Under the pieces are notes generated by a model. It was not told the DNA's origin. It did no database searches and saw only the letters and a list, made by a program, of their open reading frames with translations. This document shows positions 18,067 through 32,100 of a stretch of 64,000 nucleotides of DNA, in pieces. The translations under genes were made by a program, and so were the position numbers. The stretch is from the human T2T-CHM13v2.0 reference genome, Homo sapiens: NCBI RefSeq assembly GCF_009914755.1, contig NC_060933.1. One strand, given 5' to 3'. How positions within the stretch are numbered: the first letter of the stretch is position 1; the number at the start of each line of letters is the position of its first letter.

Positions 18067-18521
18067 CTTTGTGGTTTTATCTACTTTTGGTCTTTGATGA
18101 CGGTGATGTACAGATGGGTTTTTGGTGTGGATGTCCTTTCTGTTTGTTAGTTTTCCTTCTAACAGAGAGGACCCTCAGCTGCAGGTCTGTTGGAAAACCC
18201 TGCTGTGTGACGTGTCAGTGTGCCCCTGCTGAGGGGTGCCTCCCAGTTAGGCTGCCCGGGGGTCAGGGGTCAGGGACCCACTTGAGGAGGCAGTCTGCCC
18301 GTTCTCAGATCTCCAGCTGCGTGCTGGGAGAACCACTGCTCTCTTCAAAGCTGTCAGACAGGGACATTTAAGTCTGCAGAGGTTACTGCTGTCTTTTTGT
18401 TTGTCTGTGCCCTGCCCCCAGAGGTGGAGCCTACAGAGGCAGGCAGGCCTCCTTGAGCTGTGGTGGGCTCCACCCAGTTCGAGCTTCCCGGCTGCTTTGT
18501 TTACCTAATCAAGCCTGGGCA

Positions 18522-18830
18522 ATGGCGGGCGCCCCTCCCCCAGCCTCGCTGCCGCCTTGCAGTTTGATCTCAGACTGCTGTGCTAGCAATCAGCGAGACT
18601 CTGTGGGCGTAGGACCCTCCGAGCCAGGTGCGGGATATAATCTCGTGGTGCGCCATTTTTTAAGCCCGTCGGAAAAGCGCAGTATTCGGGTGGGAGTGAC
18701 CCGATTTTCCAGGTGCCGTCCGTCACCCCTTTCTTTGACTCAGAAAGGGAACTCCCTGACCCCTTGCGCTTCCCAGGTGAGGCAATGCCTCGCCCTGCTT
18801 CGGCTCGCGCACGGTGCACGCACCCACTGA
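18522..18830 (+). CDS. L1 antisense ORF0, C-terminally extended (102 aa), sense to TMOD1
   Basis: MAGAPPPASLPPCSLISDCCASNQRDSVGVGPSEPG is the ORF0 N-terminus; ATG at 18522 in GCAATGG context. Confidence 0.75.
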   Translation: MAGAPPPASLPPCSLISDCCASNQRDSVGVGPSEPGAGYNLVVRHFLSPSEKRSIRVGVTRFSRCRPSPLSLTQKGNSLTPCASQVRQCLALLRLAHGARTH

Positions 18831-18951
18831 CCCGCGCCCACTGTCTGGCACTCCCTAGTAAGATGAACCTGGTACCTCAGATGGAAATGCAGAAATCACC
18901 CGTCTTCTGCGTTGCTCACGCTGGGAGCTGTAGACCGGAGCTGTTCCTATT

Positions 18952-18963
18952 CGGCCATCTTGG
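18952..18963 (-). promoter_or_regulatory. YY1 site of the L1 5' UTR promoter
   Basis: CCAAGATGGCCG intact at the L1 5' end. Confidence 0.8.
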
Positions 18964-20779
18964 CTCCTCCCCACCACTTGGCATAATTCTATGGAGATTC
19001 ATCCAAGTTGTTGCATGTACCAATCGTTTGCTCTTTTTCACTGGTGAGTAGTATTCCATGGTGTGGATGTACCAGGGTTTGTTTGACCACTCACCTGTTG
19101 AAGGGCGTCTGGGTTGTTTCCAGGTTTGTCTATTACATATAAAGCTGCTATAAACATTCATGTACAGATTTTATGTAAACATATGTTTTAATTTCTCTGG
19201 GATAAATACCTGGGAGTCCAATTGCATTTTTAAAAAACTCAACTCTTGTGCACAGTGTGCCATTTTCTAGACCCACCAGTAGTTTATGAGTGAGCCAGTT
19301 TCTCTACATTCTCACCAACGTTTGGTGTTGTTGCTAATTTTTATTTTAGAGATTTTGATAGGTATGTAGTGATATCTCATTGTGATTTTGATTTGCATTT
19401 CTGTGATAGGTCATGATGTTGAACATCTTGTCATGTGATTATCTGCAATATGTACATCCTCTTCAGTGAATGTCTCTTCATATCCTTTCCCCGTTTTCTA
19501 ATTGTTTGTTTTTTTTTTACTGTGGAGTTTTTTTCTAATTGACACGTACTTCACACACCACACAATTCATCCTTTTAAAATTCAGTGGGTTTTGATGTAT
19601 TCATAAGGCTCTGCAACCATCACCACTATCTAATTCTAGAAAATTTTTATCACTCAAAAAAGAAACTCTGTACCCATTAGCTCTCATTCTGCTTTTATCC
19701 CCTCCCCCAGCCCCTGGCAACCACTAACCTCCTTTCCATCGCTATGGATTTGCCTCATCTAGACATTTCATATCAATGGAATCATACAATATATGGCCTT
19801 TGTGTCTGGCTTCTTTCATTTAGCATAATGTTTTCCAGGGTCATTCGTGTTGTATAATAGCACATATCAGAACTTTATTCCCTTTCTGACTGAATAATAC
19901 TCCACTGTAAGGATCTACCACGTTGTGTGTATCCATTCATCAGATGATGGACATTTGGGTTGTTTCTTCTTTTGGCTATTCTGAATAATGCTGTTATGAG
20001 CATTCATGAACAAGTTTTTTGTGTGGACTTATGTTTTTATTTATTTTCCACCCAAGAGTGGAATTGCTGGGTCATATGGTAGCTCTATGTTTAACTTTTT
20101 CAGGAACTGACAAACTGTCTTTCAAAGGAGCTGCACCATTTTATATTCCCACCAGCAATGTATGAGGGTGCCACTTTCTCCACATTCTTGTCAACACTTG
20201 TTACTGTCTGTCTTTTCTATTATAGTCATCTTGGTATGTGTGAAGTGGAATCTCATTGTGGTTTGATTTGCATTTTCTGAATTATTAATGATGAGCACTT
20301 TTTCATATATTTATTTGCCATTTTTATCTTTACAGAAGTGTCTATTCAAATCCTTTGCTCATTTATAAATTGTGTTTTTACTGTTGAGTTCTAATAGTTC
20401 TTTATATATTCATATTTAAATCCTATATCTACCAAATATTTTTACAAATATCAATACAAAATATTTTTCCCATTCTTTGTGTTGTCTTTTCACTTTCTTG
20501 TGTCTGTTGAAGCACAAAAGTTTTAAATTTTGATGAAGTGTAACATCTATTGATCTATGGCATTGATTCTTTTAATCAATTTGGTAATATTGCAATATTA
20601 ACAATATTAAGTCTTCTGATCCATGAAGACTTAAGATCCATGGGATGTTTTTTATATTTATTTAGGTCTTATTTAATGTATTTCAGTGTTGTTTTGTAGT
20701 TTTCAATATATAAGTCTTTACTTCTTTTGTTAGAAATAAATCTAACAAAAGAAGTTAGAATTAGTATTTTATTCTTTTT

Positions 20780-21519
<740 letters not shown>

Positions 21520-21916
21520 GGAACTCACTAATTTTGTGTAGGGGTGTGTGTGTATTCTTAGAATTTTCTATATACAACATTATATCATCTGCAAATACAG
21601 ATAGTTTTACTTTGTCCTTTGCAGTCTGGAAGCATTTTATTTATTTTTCTTGCTTAATTATCCTGTCTAGACCCCCCCAGTAAAATGTTGGTGAGAGCAA
21701 ACATCCTTATCTTGTTCCTAATCTTGGAGGGAAAGCTTTCAGTCTTTAACTATTAAGTATGATGTTAGCTTTCTGTCTTTTACCTCCTGTTTAAGATTAT
21801 ATTTATGTTTTATTATTTTATTATATATGGTAATAGAAAATCCAAACAATACAATAAGATATAAAGAAGGAAACAAAAACTTTCTCCCCAAATCCCACCA
21901 TTATCAATATACTTAA

Positions 21917-22506
<590 letters not shown>

Positions 22507-22767
22507 TGAGACTGTGATGAACATCCTCATCATATTCTTCCCAACATTGTTGGGTCTTTCTGTTTTTTTTTTTCTGATTTTTTTTCTTTATATCTTTGTC
22601 AGATGATCACTATAGATTTGGGGGCAGGGAACCATTAATAATATGATCAGAATTGGGCTTTAGAAAGCTAACTTTGGCATTGTCAACTTACCATGTGATC
22701 TTGGGAAAACCTTTTTTCCTTCTCTGGGCCTCAATTTTTTCATTTATAATTTGAAGAGACTAAATTA

Positions 22768-22910
22768 CTGGTTATCAGACTTGGGTGCATATTGAAATCT
22801 CCTGAGAAGTTTTTAAAAACACAGCCATCAGAGTCCCACTCCCCAGAGATTCTGATTCAGGTAGTTTGGGGTATAGCCCGGACAGCAGGGTTTTAAAAGT
22901 CTCCTTAGGA
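22768..22910. mobile_element. MER5-like hAT MITE
   Basis: CCCAGAGATTCTGATTCAGGTAG...GGGGTATAGCCCGG motif. Confidence 0.6.
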
Positions 22911-23231
22911 CTAGATGATTGAATGTCCTCCTTCAAATACTCTTCTGTCGTGGAGCTCTTACTTGGGCACCTGCTCAGAGAGAGGCTGTTGTAAAGCAGT
23001 GAAAAGATCTGTTCTTGGCATCCAGCAGACCTGAATTTGAATCCCAGCTCATTTGCTCCTGGCCGTGTGACCTTTCAACTTCTCTAAACTTCCATTTCCC
23101 TACTCTTGGAGAGGAGGCTAAAATCCCCTCCCACTACTCAAGAGTTTCTGCAGGTAGAGGTGGTTTAGGCACTGTACACATGGAATGAGTGGTGATTTTA
23201 TTTTTTATTTTTTATTTTTTCTTGACTAAAG

Positions 23232-23376
23232 AGCCAGCCCCTGGGCAACAAAGTGGAAATGGAGATTGTGAGCATGTTGGAAAAAAACGCAACACTTCTC
23301 AAATTCGGCTACCACTTTACCCAGCAAGGACCCCGGCTTCGGGCATCCAACGCAATGATGAACAACAATGACCTTG
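23232..23376 (+). CDS. TMOD1: TMOD1 coding exon (exon 9): [16 protein letters not shown]...NAMMNNNDL(V)
   Basis: Manual translation continues exon 8 in frame. T-rich tract and AAG acceptor at 23229-23231, donor G|GTGAGT; 145 nt, phase 0/1. Confidence 0.97.
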
Positions 23377-26300
23377 GTGAGTAGAAATATGCTTCCTGCC
23401 CTGCCCGCAGTCCTGTTATTCCCTCCACCTGTGCTGGGGATGTCAGGGAAAATTCTGTAGATGCCTCTCCGAGTCTTCTTGAGCCTTGATTTTCACATTG
23501 ATCGCGTCTTCCTTGTTTTCTGTGTTTGTACCTCATCTCCACCCTGGACTACGAGCTCCTTGACTTCAGGAGCTAAGGCTGAGTCCTCTCCTCCTCAAAG
23601 CACAGCTCAGCACAGGCTGGGCCCAGAGCACACTTAAGTGTGTTTGCAGAAGGAACTGAAATTTGGGAGGGCACAAGTCTCGCCGGGAGTATTTTCCTCT
23701 TCTGAATACCCTTTTCTGAACTCATAGCGTCCTCTCCAGGTCACACAGTCTAGATTTAGCCCCAAATCCCAAAACTACCTTCCAATAGGACTACCAAAAT
23801 CTGAGCCTAGGAGACTTCACATTGATTTTAAGGTAAAAGTTGAAAATGTCAACTTCATAGTAAAGTAAAAGTAGGGTATATTAATGTAATCTCAATTAAA
23901 GGCATAGTTTGTTTTTTTCTAAAAGGAAAAATTATTATGAAGGAGACATTATCAGGAAATTTTAAAAAATAAAAAAATTAAGAAAATGAAAATATCACAA
24001 TATTTTTTGATAATGAACACTTATATACCTATATGAACAAATAGGTATATAAGTCAACTGAATGAAGTTTGAGCAATCATGATCTTACTTGCAGATGCCG
24101 GTTGTTCACAAGCTCTGTGTAGTTATTGCTTATGTATATTCCTGCTGGCTGCCAAAAAAGAATTTGATATAGCATTCAACAAAGGGAGCATGACTGACAA
24201 GGCTATAGGAAAACAAGAGGGGGAAAAAAAACAAGAAAAGCAGTAGGTCTATATCATTAACATGAATGATGATTATATTGAGCCCTGAGTTTCCTAGAAC
24301 CAAGACAGCAGGAAGCCAAGCCAAGTTACATTATTCTTATCACAGAAGGGAAGGAAGCATAATGAGTTTGAAAAAAAAAAAAGAAAAGCCTCTTTCTGGG
24401 ACTACATTGTGAAATGAACTTGTGTTTTAAAGGACAGCATCTTCAGTGAGTTTCTCATCAGATTCAAACCTGCTCTACACAATGGTTTCCAACCCTCGAT
24501 AAAATGCAAAGAGCCTAATATGAATGCTCCACTCAAAGTATGTCACTTCCTGGTGATTTATCTGAGGCCAGGTCACTACCTGGAAGCCCTCGAAGAACAG
24601 AGATGAGTGTGTAGGAGTGAATGCTCAAGGCAGGTGTGCACAGACCCCACATGCACAGATAACCACAGGATTACACACACACACACACTTTAGATCGAGT
24701 TATTAAATTCCACAAACATATACCAAAATTCTATAGGTTCCTGCTTGTAAGGATGTCACAGCCCAGGAGCTATTCATTCATTGCTCACTGCAAATGCCAC
24801 TATTTTCTAGAGCCTCGGGTTTAGAAAAGCCCATTTTTTAAAATGTGTGCAGAGTCTTGGTTTATCAGAAGTATCCTTACTTGAAATAAAATAAGAACAA
24901 ACACAAATAAGAATCATAATTATTACATCATCTCACAGATGTCATAGCTAAACTGAATGGTTGGAGAAGGCCAGCAGCTGTGATCTGGCTGCAGTACCAG
25001 CACGGAGAAGCCTTGCGTTTCTATTCTATATGCAATAATCTCATATTTGTTTCCCCCTCAGTTAAGTTTCTTCTGTGCCCCTTGGCTCCTATCTCTGGGC
25101 TAACCCAGTTTTTGTCCTCCAATGGCATGATGGTATGGAGGTCTTGTTTCTGGGGATAGAGGCTCTAGATGAGCAGAGGTCACAGGTGCTGCAGGGGGAT
25201 ACCAGCATCATCTAGGAGTTGGACAAAATGGCCTTTGAAAACTCTCCCAGTCCTGTGAATCTGAGAGTCCAAAATTCAGGCCTGACTCCCATCACCAAGA
25301 ACTTTCAGAGGCCATTGTAAGAATGTAGGATGGTAGAACCAGAAGGACTTAGAGCTTATCCCTCCAGTTCCCTTAGAAAGAAACTGGAGCCTGGGGTGGG
25401 GGTAGGGGGTCTAGGCAGCAGCTCAGTCAGGTCACACCAGCTGTTAGTGACAGCAAGCATTTTCTGGGCAACTTTTGTGTGCCTAGGACTGTGCTAGGTG
25501 ATATCAGAGGTAGCAGAAAGGCTACCTCTGACTGAAGAAGCTTTATAACCTTTTAGGGGAAAAAAAAGACTCAAAGGCATGCCTAAAAATTCAAGAATGC
25601 CTACAAATTCTATCTAAACAAAGTGAGGAAATGATTTATTGAGACAGAGGCCAGTTAGGCAAAGCATGCTGGTTGGGGATGGGGCTTTAGCCAGCCTTGA
25701 AAGGAAGAGATAGGTTGATGGAGGAGGTCTAGAGGCATCCCTCTGGGGGTTCTAGGAGTATTAGGAAGTAGTGCTGGGGGTACAAAGGAGAGACAGAAGG
25801 ATCTAAAAGGATTGGAGGAACTGTTAAAAGGAGTTAGACCTAGGAGGAAAAATGAGTTCACAAAGTAGGAAGGGAAGGGCATTCCAAGCAGAGGGAACAG
25901 CATGAGCAAAGGCAGGACAGTTGAAAGTATATGGGATGTTCACAAGGAATGGGGCTGGGTAGGTGTTTGGGTGGCTGCAGCCCAAGGCCTTTAATGTCAA
26001 GCTCAGGGGCCTGGCGATGGAAGCAGGTGGGAAGCAGAGACCGTGGCAGTTTCCTGGACGGTGATGCCAGGTGATAAAATTGGGCCTCTGGGTTACCCCA
26101 GGGAACTGTGGGCAGCTGCTCCCTTGGGGTTTCCTACAGAAGGAATTAGAGATGAATCATCTCAGTGATTACAGGGAACAGAGTGCTACTTGGTGATGTA
26201 GGATCTCTAGCTTTAAAATGAAATTTGCGCCCATCTGCTAATTTTTGTAAGAGAAATGTTTGTTATGGCAGTGCCTCAGCTTCCTCCTGACTTTACAACA

Positions 26301-27029
26301 GATTATTTGCATCCTACATTAATGCCGCAGTGAAGCAGACAGACTTCATGTTTTCCAACTGAATATTTGTATCGTAAAAGCCTCCTGCCAGCTCCTCCTC
26401 GGGACTGAGGCTGTTAGCAGGCCTGGCAGCAGGGAGCGCAGATTGGGAAGGGAGCAGGCCTCTCAGGCCTCCTGCTCATTCTCACCTGCCTCTGCTGGCT
26501 CTTTGCCCATGGCTGGGGCCTCTGCAGTACTTGGGCTCCTCCTTGGGGGACATTGAGTCCCCAAGGCTATGAGGACAGCGACTGGCTCTGCAGACAGGCG
26601 GTATGCCCAGGATGCATCCTGACCAGTGCGTCTTCGGTCCTCCCCACCCTGGGCACCAAGCTCTAAACAGAGCGTTCTGTGAGTGCAGGGTGCCAGGGAG
26701 GAGCCGAGCTGTGGATCCCATCTGCGTTTTCCCACAGCAATACCTCAGATGACTGTCATCTCCACACTATTTATAGCAAAGAGCCAGGCCAAGCATGGCA
26801 CTTCAGGTCCTCTAAATCTGCCACTGCAGCTCTCTCCACTTAGCAAAATCTGAATTGCAGCCTGTGAGTTAAGACAGTTGTGTGGGTTGGGGTATCGTGT
26901 GGAGGGAGAGTAACATGTTTAAAAGCAGAAAACATCCCTTCCTGGGAGTCACCATTTTACAGTATTCTCAGGGAAGACCTTTGCAGCAAGCAGCCCAGAC
27001 ATAGCACACTGCAAAGCAATTTCTAAAAA

Positions 27030-27686
27030 AAATGTATTTTATTGTCAATTGACAATTTGTAATTGTATATATTTATGTGATACAAAGTGCTGTTATGATT
27101 TATGAATACAATGTGGAAAAATTAAATTAAGTGAATTAGCATATCATCACCTCAAATACTTTTTGTGGTGAGAACGTTTATTTTTTAGCAATTTTGAAAT
27201 GTATAATACACTATTATTAGCTATATTCACCATGCTGTGTAACAGAGCTTTATAAAACACCTTATTCCTCTTGTCCAACTGAGATTTTTGTATCCTGTGG
27301 CCATTATCTCCCCATTCCCCACCCACAGCTTCTGTAATGACAGTTTTACTCCCTGCTTCTATGAGGTCAATTGTTTTAGATTCCACATATAATTTGTCTT
27401 TTTGTGGCTGGCTTATTTCACTTAGTATAATGTTCTCCAATTCCACTCATGTGGTTGCAAATGAACAAATTTCCTTTTTTTTTTTTTTTTTTTTAAAGAA
27501 AAGGCTGAATCGTACTCCATTGTGCATATATCCCCCAGTTTCTTTATCCATTCTTGTTGATAGACACTTAGGTTGATTCCTTATTTTGGGTATTGTGAAT
27601 GATGCTGCAATGAACATGGAGTGAAACATCTTTTCAACTGATTTTAATATTTTGGGTAAATATCCAGAAGTGGGACTGCTGGATCC
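27030..27686 (-). mobile_element. L1MA-type 3' fragment
   Basis: ORF MELENIILSEISQ plus an L1MA-like 3' UTR. Confidence 0.8.
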
Positions 27687-27718
27687 CAAATCAGTTTCAT
27701 CATAGTCCCCCAAACCTA

Positions 27719-28088
<370 letters not shown>

Positions 28089-28339
28089 CTAGATGCTGCC
28101 TCCACCCCAGCCAGCCAGTCACCTCCTTGCCAATCCCAGTGTCCTGCCGTGTATGTTGAGCCCTCGTCACAGTTATCTCCTCCAACATCCTCAGGCCCCC
28201 AGCTCCTCCAGGGCAGGCACCCCTGGCACTCATCCCAAGTCTCCTTCCGAAGCTTGCCTTGTCACCCCTCCACTTAGAACCCTCACTTGCCTCCCATTGC
28301 TCTCAGTCAGGCCCCTTGAAATGACTCCCAAGTCTCTTA

Positions 28340-28560
28340 ATAATAGCTGACTCTTACATGGCACTTACTGTGTGTTAGAGACTGTTCTGAATACTTCCCA
28401 TCTCACTAGCTCATGTAGTCCTCCCCACAACCAGGTGAGACAGGTGCTATTGTTATCCACACTTTACAAGAAGGAAACAGAAGTCTAGGGAAGTAGGTAA
28501 TTAACATTACCCACAATCCGTGGGCAGGACCGGGATTTGAATTGGCAATGTGGCTCCAGT
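28340..28560 (-). mobile_element. MIR
   Basis: MIR core (ATTGTTATCCACACTTTACAAGAAGGAAACAGAAG...GGATTTGAA). Other MIR-like pieces at ~1575-1850, 3280-3690, 9310-9870 and 47200-47380. Confidence 0.7.
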
Positions 28561-29357
28561 GCCTGGGTGCTCCACATTGGGAGATGGTCCCATCAGGAGG
28601 TCGTCTCTTGACATCTCCAACAAGCCATCCCTTTGCCATGTTACTACCATTCCAGGTAGCCTGAGTGCCCCCAAGTGACCAAGGAAAAGCTTACCCTTAG
28701 AGGGTCTTTACTCCCAATGCCCCCCACCTTCCCATCCTCTACCTTTTTGTTGTTTAAAATTCAGCTGACCTGTTAGTTGCCACCTGGGAAGGTCTGACCA
28801 CTTCATTCTTTATGCCTCTCATACCTCAGAGAGCTGCCAGGGCATCTCTAATACTTCATATTTCTCAAACAGTAGTTCTCAAACATTGTATATCTTGGTT
28901 CCTGTTATACTGTGTCTTTACTTCTGATTCTTGTGCTTGGCACACAGCACTCAGTACATGCTGCCGAATATTTAAATGAATAGAAAGTGCTTTCCAAAAA
29001 CATGATGGAAATGTTCAAATTTGGCAAGAAGTGGCAGAGGAGTTCAAGCAGCAGATGGAGGTTGGTCCGGACGACTGGAGAGCCCTTCTGGCATTCACAA
29101 TAAAAGGAGTCTCTGGCTCTTGCAATAAGCAGTGAAGAGTTTTTTAAAGAAAGTAAAGACCAGACAGAATTGAAGGAGGATATTGGGAGACCCAGCTTTT
29201 ACTCCCAGTTTTGTGACTTATTCGTAACTTGGAATAAGTTACTTCCCTCTCCTGGTCTCAACTTCCTTCATCATTAAAAAGGGAAAAAAATAATACCTGA
29301 ATAAATGGATGCCTTTCCCTTCTCTCCATCCAGTCCCTGAAAAAGCCAGTGCCAGGG

Positions 29358-29802
<445 letters not shown>

Positions 29803-29986
29803 TCAGTCCTGGCTCTGCTGCCAGCTCTCAGGGACTGGGGCTCTTTTCTTCTGCAGGGAGAAGGAGCTAATCCTCCCTGTGAGAATCAGATGCGATATGG
29901 ATATGGAAACCCTACCCACACAAGGCTCAAGTCTACTGAGGGAGGCACTGGACTGAGGCTCAAGATGAGTCAAAAGTCTTGGTTCT

Positions 29987-30290
29987 AGCTGGGTGCGGTG
30001 GCTCATGCCTGTAATCCCAGCACTTTGAGAGGCTGAGGCGTGGGGGATCACTTGAGGTCAGGAATTCGAGACCAGCCTAGCCAACATGGTGAACCCCCAT
30101 CTCTACTAAAAACACAAAAATTAGCCGGGTGTGGCAGCGGGCACCTGTAATGCTAGCTACTCAGGAGGCTGAAGCAGGAGAATTGCTTGAACCTGGGAGG
30201 CGAGGTTGCAGTGGGCCAAGATTGCGCCACTGCACTCCAGTCTGTGTGACAGAGCGAAACTCCATCTCAAAAAAAAAAAAAAAAAAAAAA
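29987..30290 (+). mobile_element. Alu (AluS)
   Basis: Dimer with a long A-tail. Confidence 0.9.
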
Positions 30291-31574
30291 GGCTTGGTCC
30301 TGTCTGGTACTAGCTTTATTGCTTTAAGCAAGAAATATACCCTCTCTGCCATACTTTCCTCATCCATAAAATGGGAATGGTAACTAACATTCCAGCAGCG
30401 TTGGAGGGGCTCCGATGAGGCAATGAGGATGGCCCTGGTGGGCATGCCTGCACAGCTACTATGGAGATGCTTAAAAGTCTGGTTCATGTAAACTCTTTGG
30501 TCACGTTGAGCAAACCTCTTGTGCTCTTTGGGTTTTGGTTTTTGTCCCCTCACATCTACCCCCAAGAAGTTGGACATTCTGATCATCTAAGGAACTGGGC
30601 TGGCCCCACCTCCCTTGTGGGTCTGCTTTGTATGGCCAGTGTCATGCACAAGCTGATTTGGTTTTTGTTGCAGCTCGTATTCATCGATCTGGTGGCTGCA
30701 GGTCTACCGCCTCAGCTTGGGAACCTGAAGACATCTAAGTATAGACGGACTTTTTTTCCCTCCACCATAGCTTCCTGTCTCTGCCAACACCAGCAGGCCT
30801 CTCGACTGCCACCTACTGGCTCTACAGACTTCTTTGACCTTTCTCTTGTGGCTCATAGAGCTTGCTGCTTGGTCTTATCTGCAGACACTACAATTAATTT
30901 CAAAACACTCTCCCTTGTTACAACAAACAGAGCCCCTCCTGCCCCTCCCTGCATCCTCATCATCCTTTAAGCTAACGTCTCCAGCCTGCAACCTCCTGGC
31001 TAGTGCTTTCCTCTTCATGGCATTTAACTACTTTGTCACTTGAACAGTGTTGAGCATAACTGTCTTGCCCCCGGGGAAAATGGCAAGGTTAAACATAAGG
31101 GGATACAGATACTGCAGGGTAATCTTTCGGGTGGAAACTCTCGTTTATATAGGCAGGAGGTAGGCCAGGAGCTCCCAGACATAGCTGGGGGAAATGTTTC
31201 CACCTGGTTAAGACCCTAATCTCATTAAGAAGACTGACTAAACTTTTAACTCTTATCTGAACACCGGAGTAAAGATCTTCAACTGGAGCTTCTGTAAGCA
31301 AAGAAAATAGCCGACTTATAACGTGGGACTGTGTGGTCAGCCACTTAGCAGATATCTATGAATGAATCTCCACTACCACAGACCCTCATCAATGAACACT
31401 GACAGACTGGAGGGCTGTTGTACAACTCACACATACTGTCCTTTCAAAACAACAGACTTCAGACTCTGTTAACAAACCAATTAGTGCGAGGTTTCACAGT
31501 GCTTTCTCAGCAACAGTGCTGGCCCCTGGTCTACAGGGAAAAGTGCCTTATATCTTATCTCCATTCCTTTCCAG

Positions 31575-31639
31575 TGAGGAAGAGGAGGCTTGCGGACCTG
31601 ACTGGGCCCATCATTCCCAAGTGCCGGAGTGGTGTCTAG
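31575..31639 (+). CDS. TMOD1: TMOD1 last coding exon (exon 10): (V)RKRRLADLTGPIIPKCRSGV*
   Basis: Acceptor tttccag at 31568-31574; phase 1 matches the previous exon; TAG at 31637-31639; known Tmod1 C-terminus. Confidence 0.97.
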
Positions 31640-32044
31640 TGTGTGGCGGTGGAGTCCATGCCTTTGAACTGGATGTGTTCTATTGATGACCTGTGCTCTG
31701 CAGGGGAAACCAGAAGGCAAAATGCTGGCAGCATGAAACCCTTTTGTGGTTCAGTTCTTTATGCACTAAGGTTTTAGGTTGACTAGTGGTTGTAGTTGAA
31801 AATTTTATAAAATACCGTTAATGTGAAGTTTTTCTTTAGTCACAGAAGTTGAATCTGGTTATTATTTAAAAACTAGAAGCCCCCAAACCAGCAGATCTTA
31901 CTGAAGATGATGTTCCAGCAGCAGCGACTTAGCCCCAGGAGCCCAGTTTCAATGGCCTTGCTGTGTGGTGTTTCAAGTGCATTTAAAATGTGTGACACAG
32001 AAACGGCACACTCTTCCACATGCTTTTGAAGTATTATAAAACAC

Positions 32045-32100
32045 TTTATTACAAATTTGTCTTAGCTATTAGCAAATAAAACTGATTATCATTCTTTATT
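32045..32100. terminator. Bidirectional poly(A) signal cluster
   Basis: TTTATT 32045-32050, AATAAA 32075-32080, TTTATT 32095-32100. Confidence 0.75.

Noticed and set aside
30461-30970. 169-aa intronic ORF
   Set aside because: No recognisable domain or supporting splice or promoter context; probably chance.
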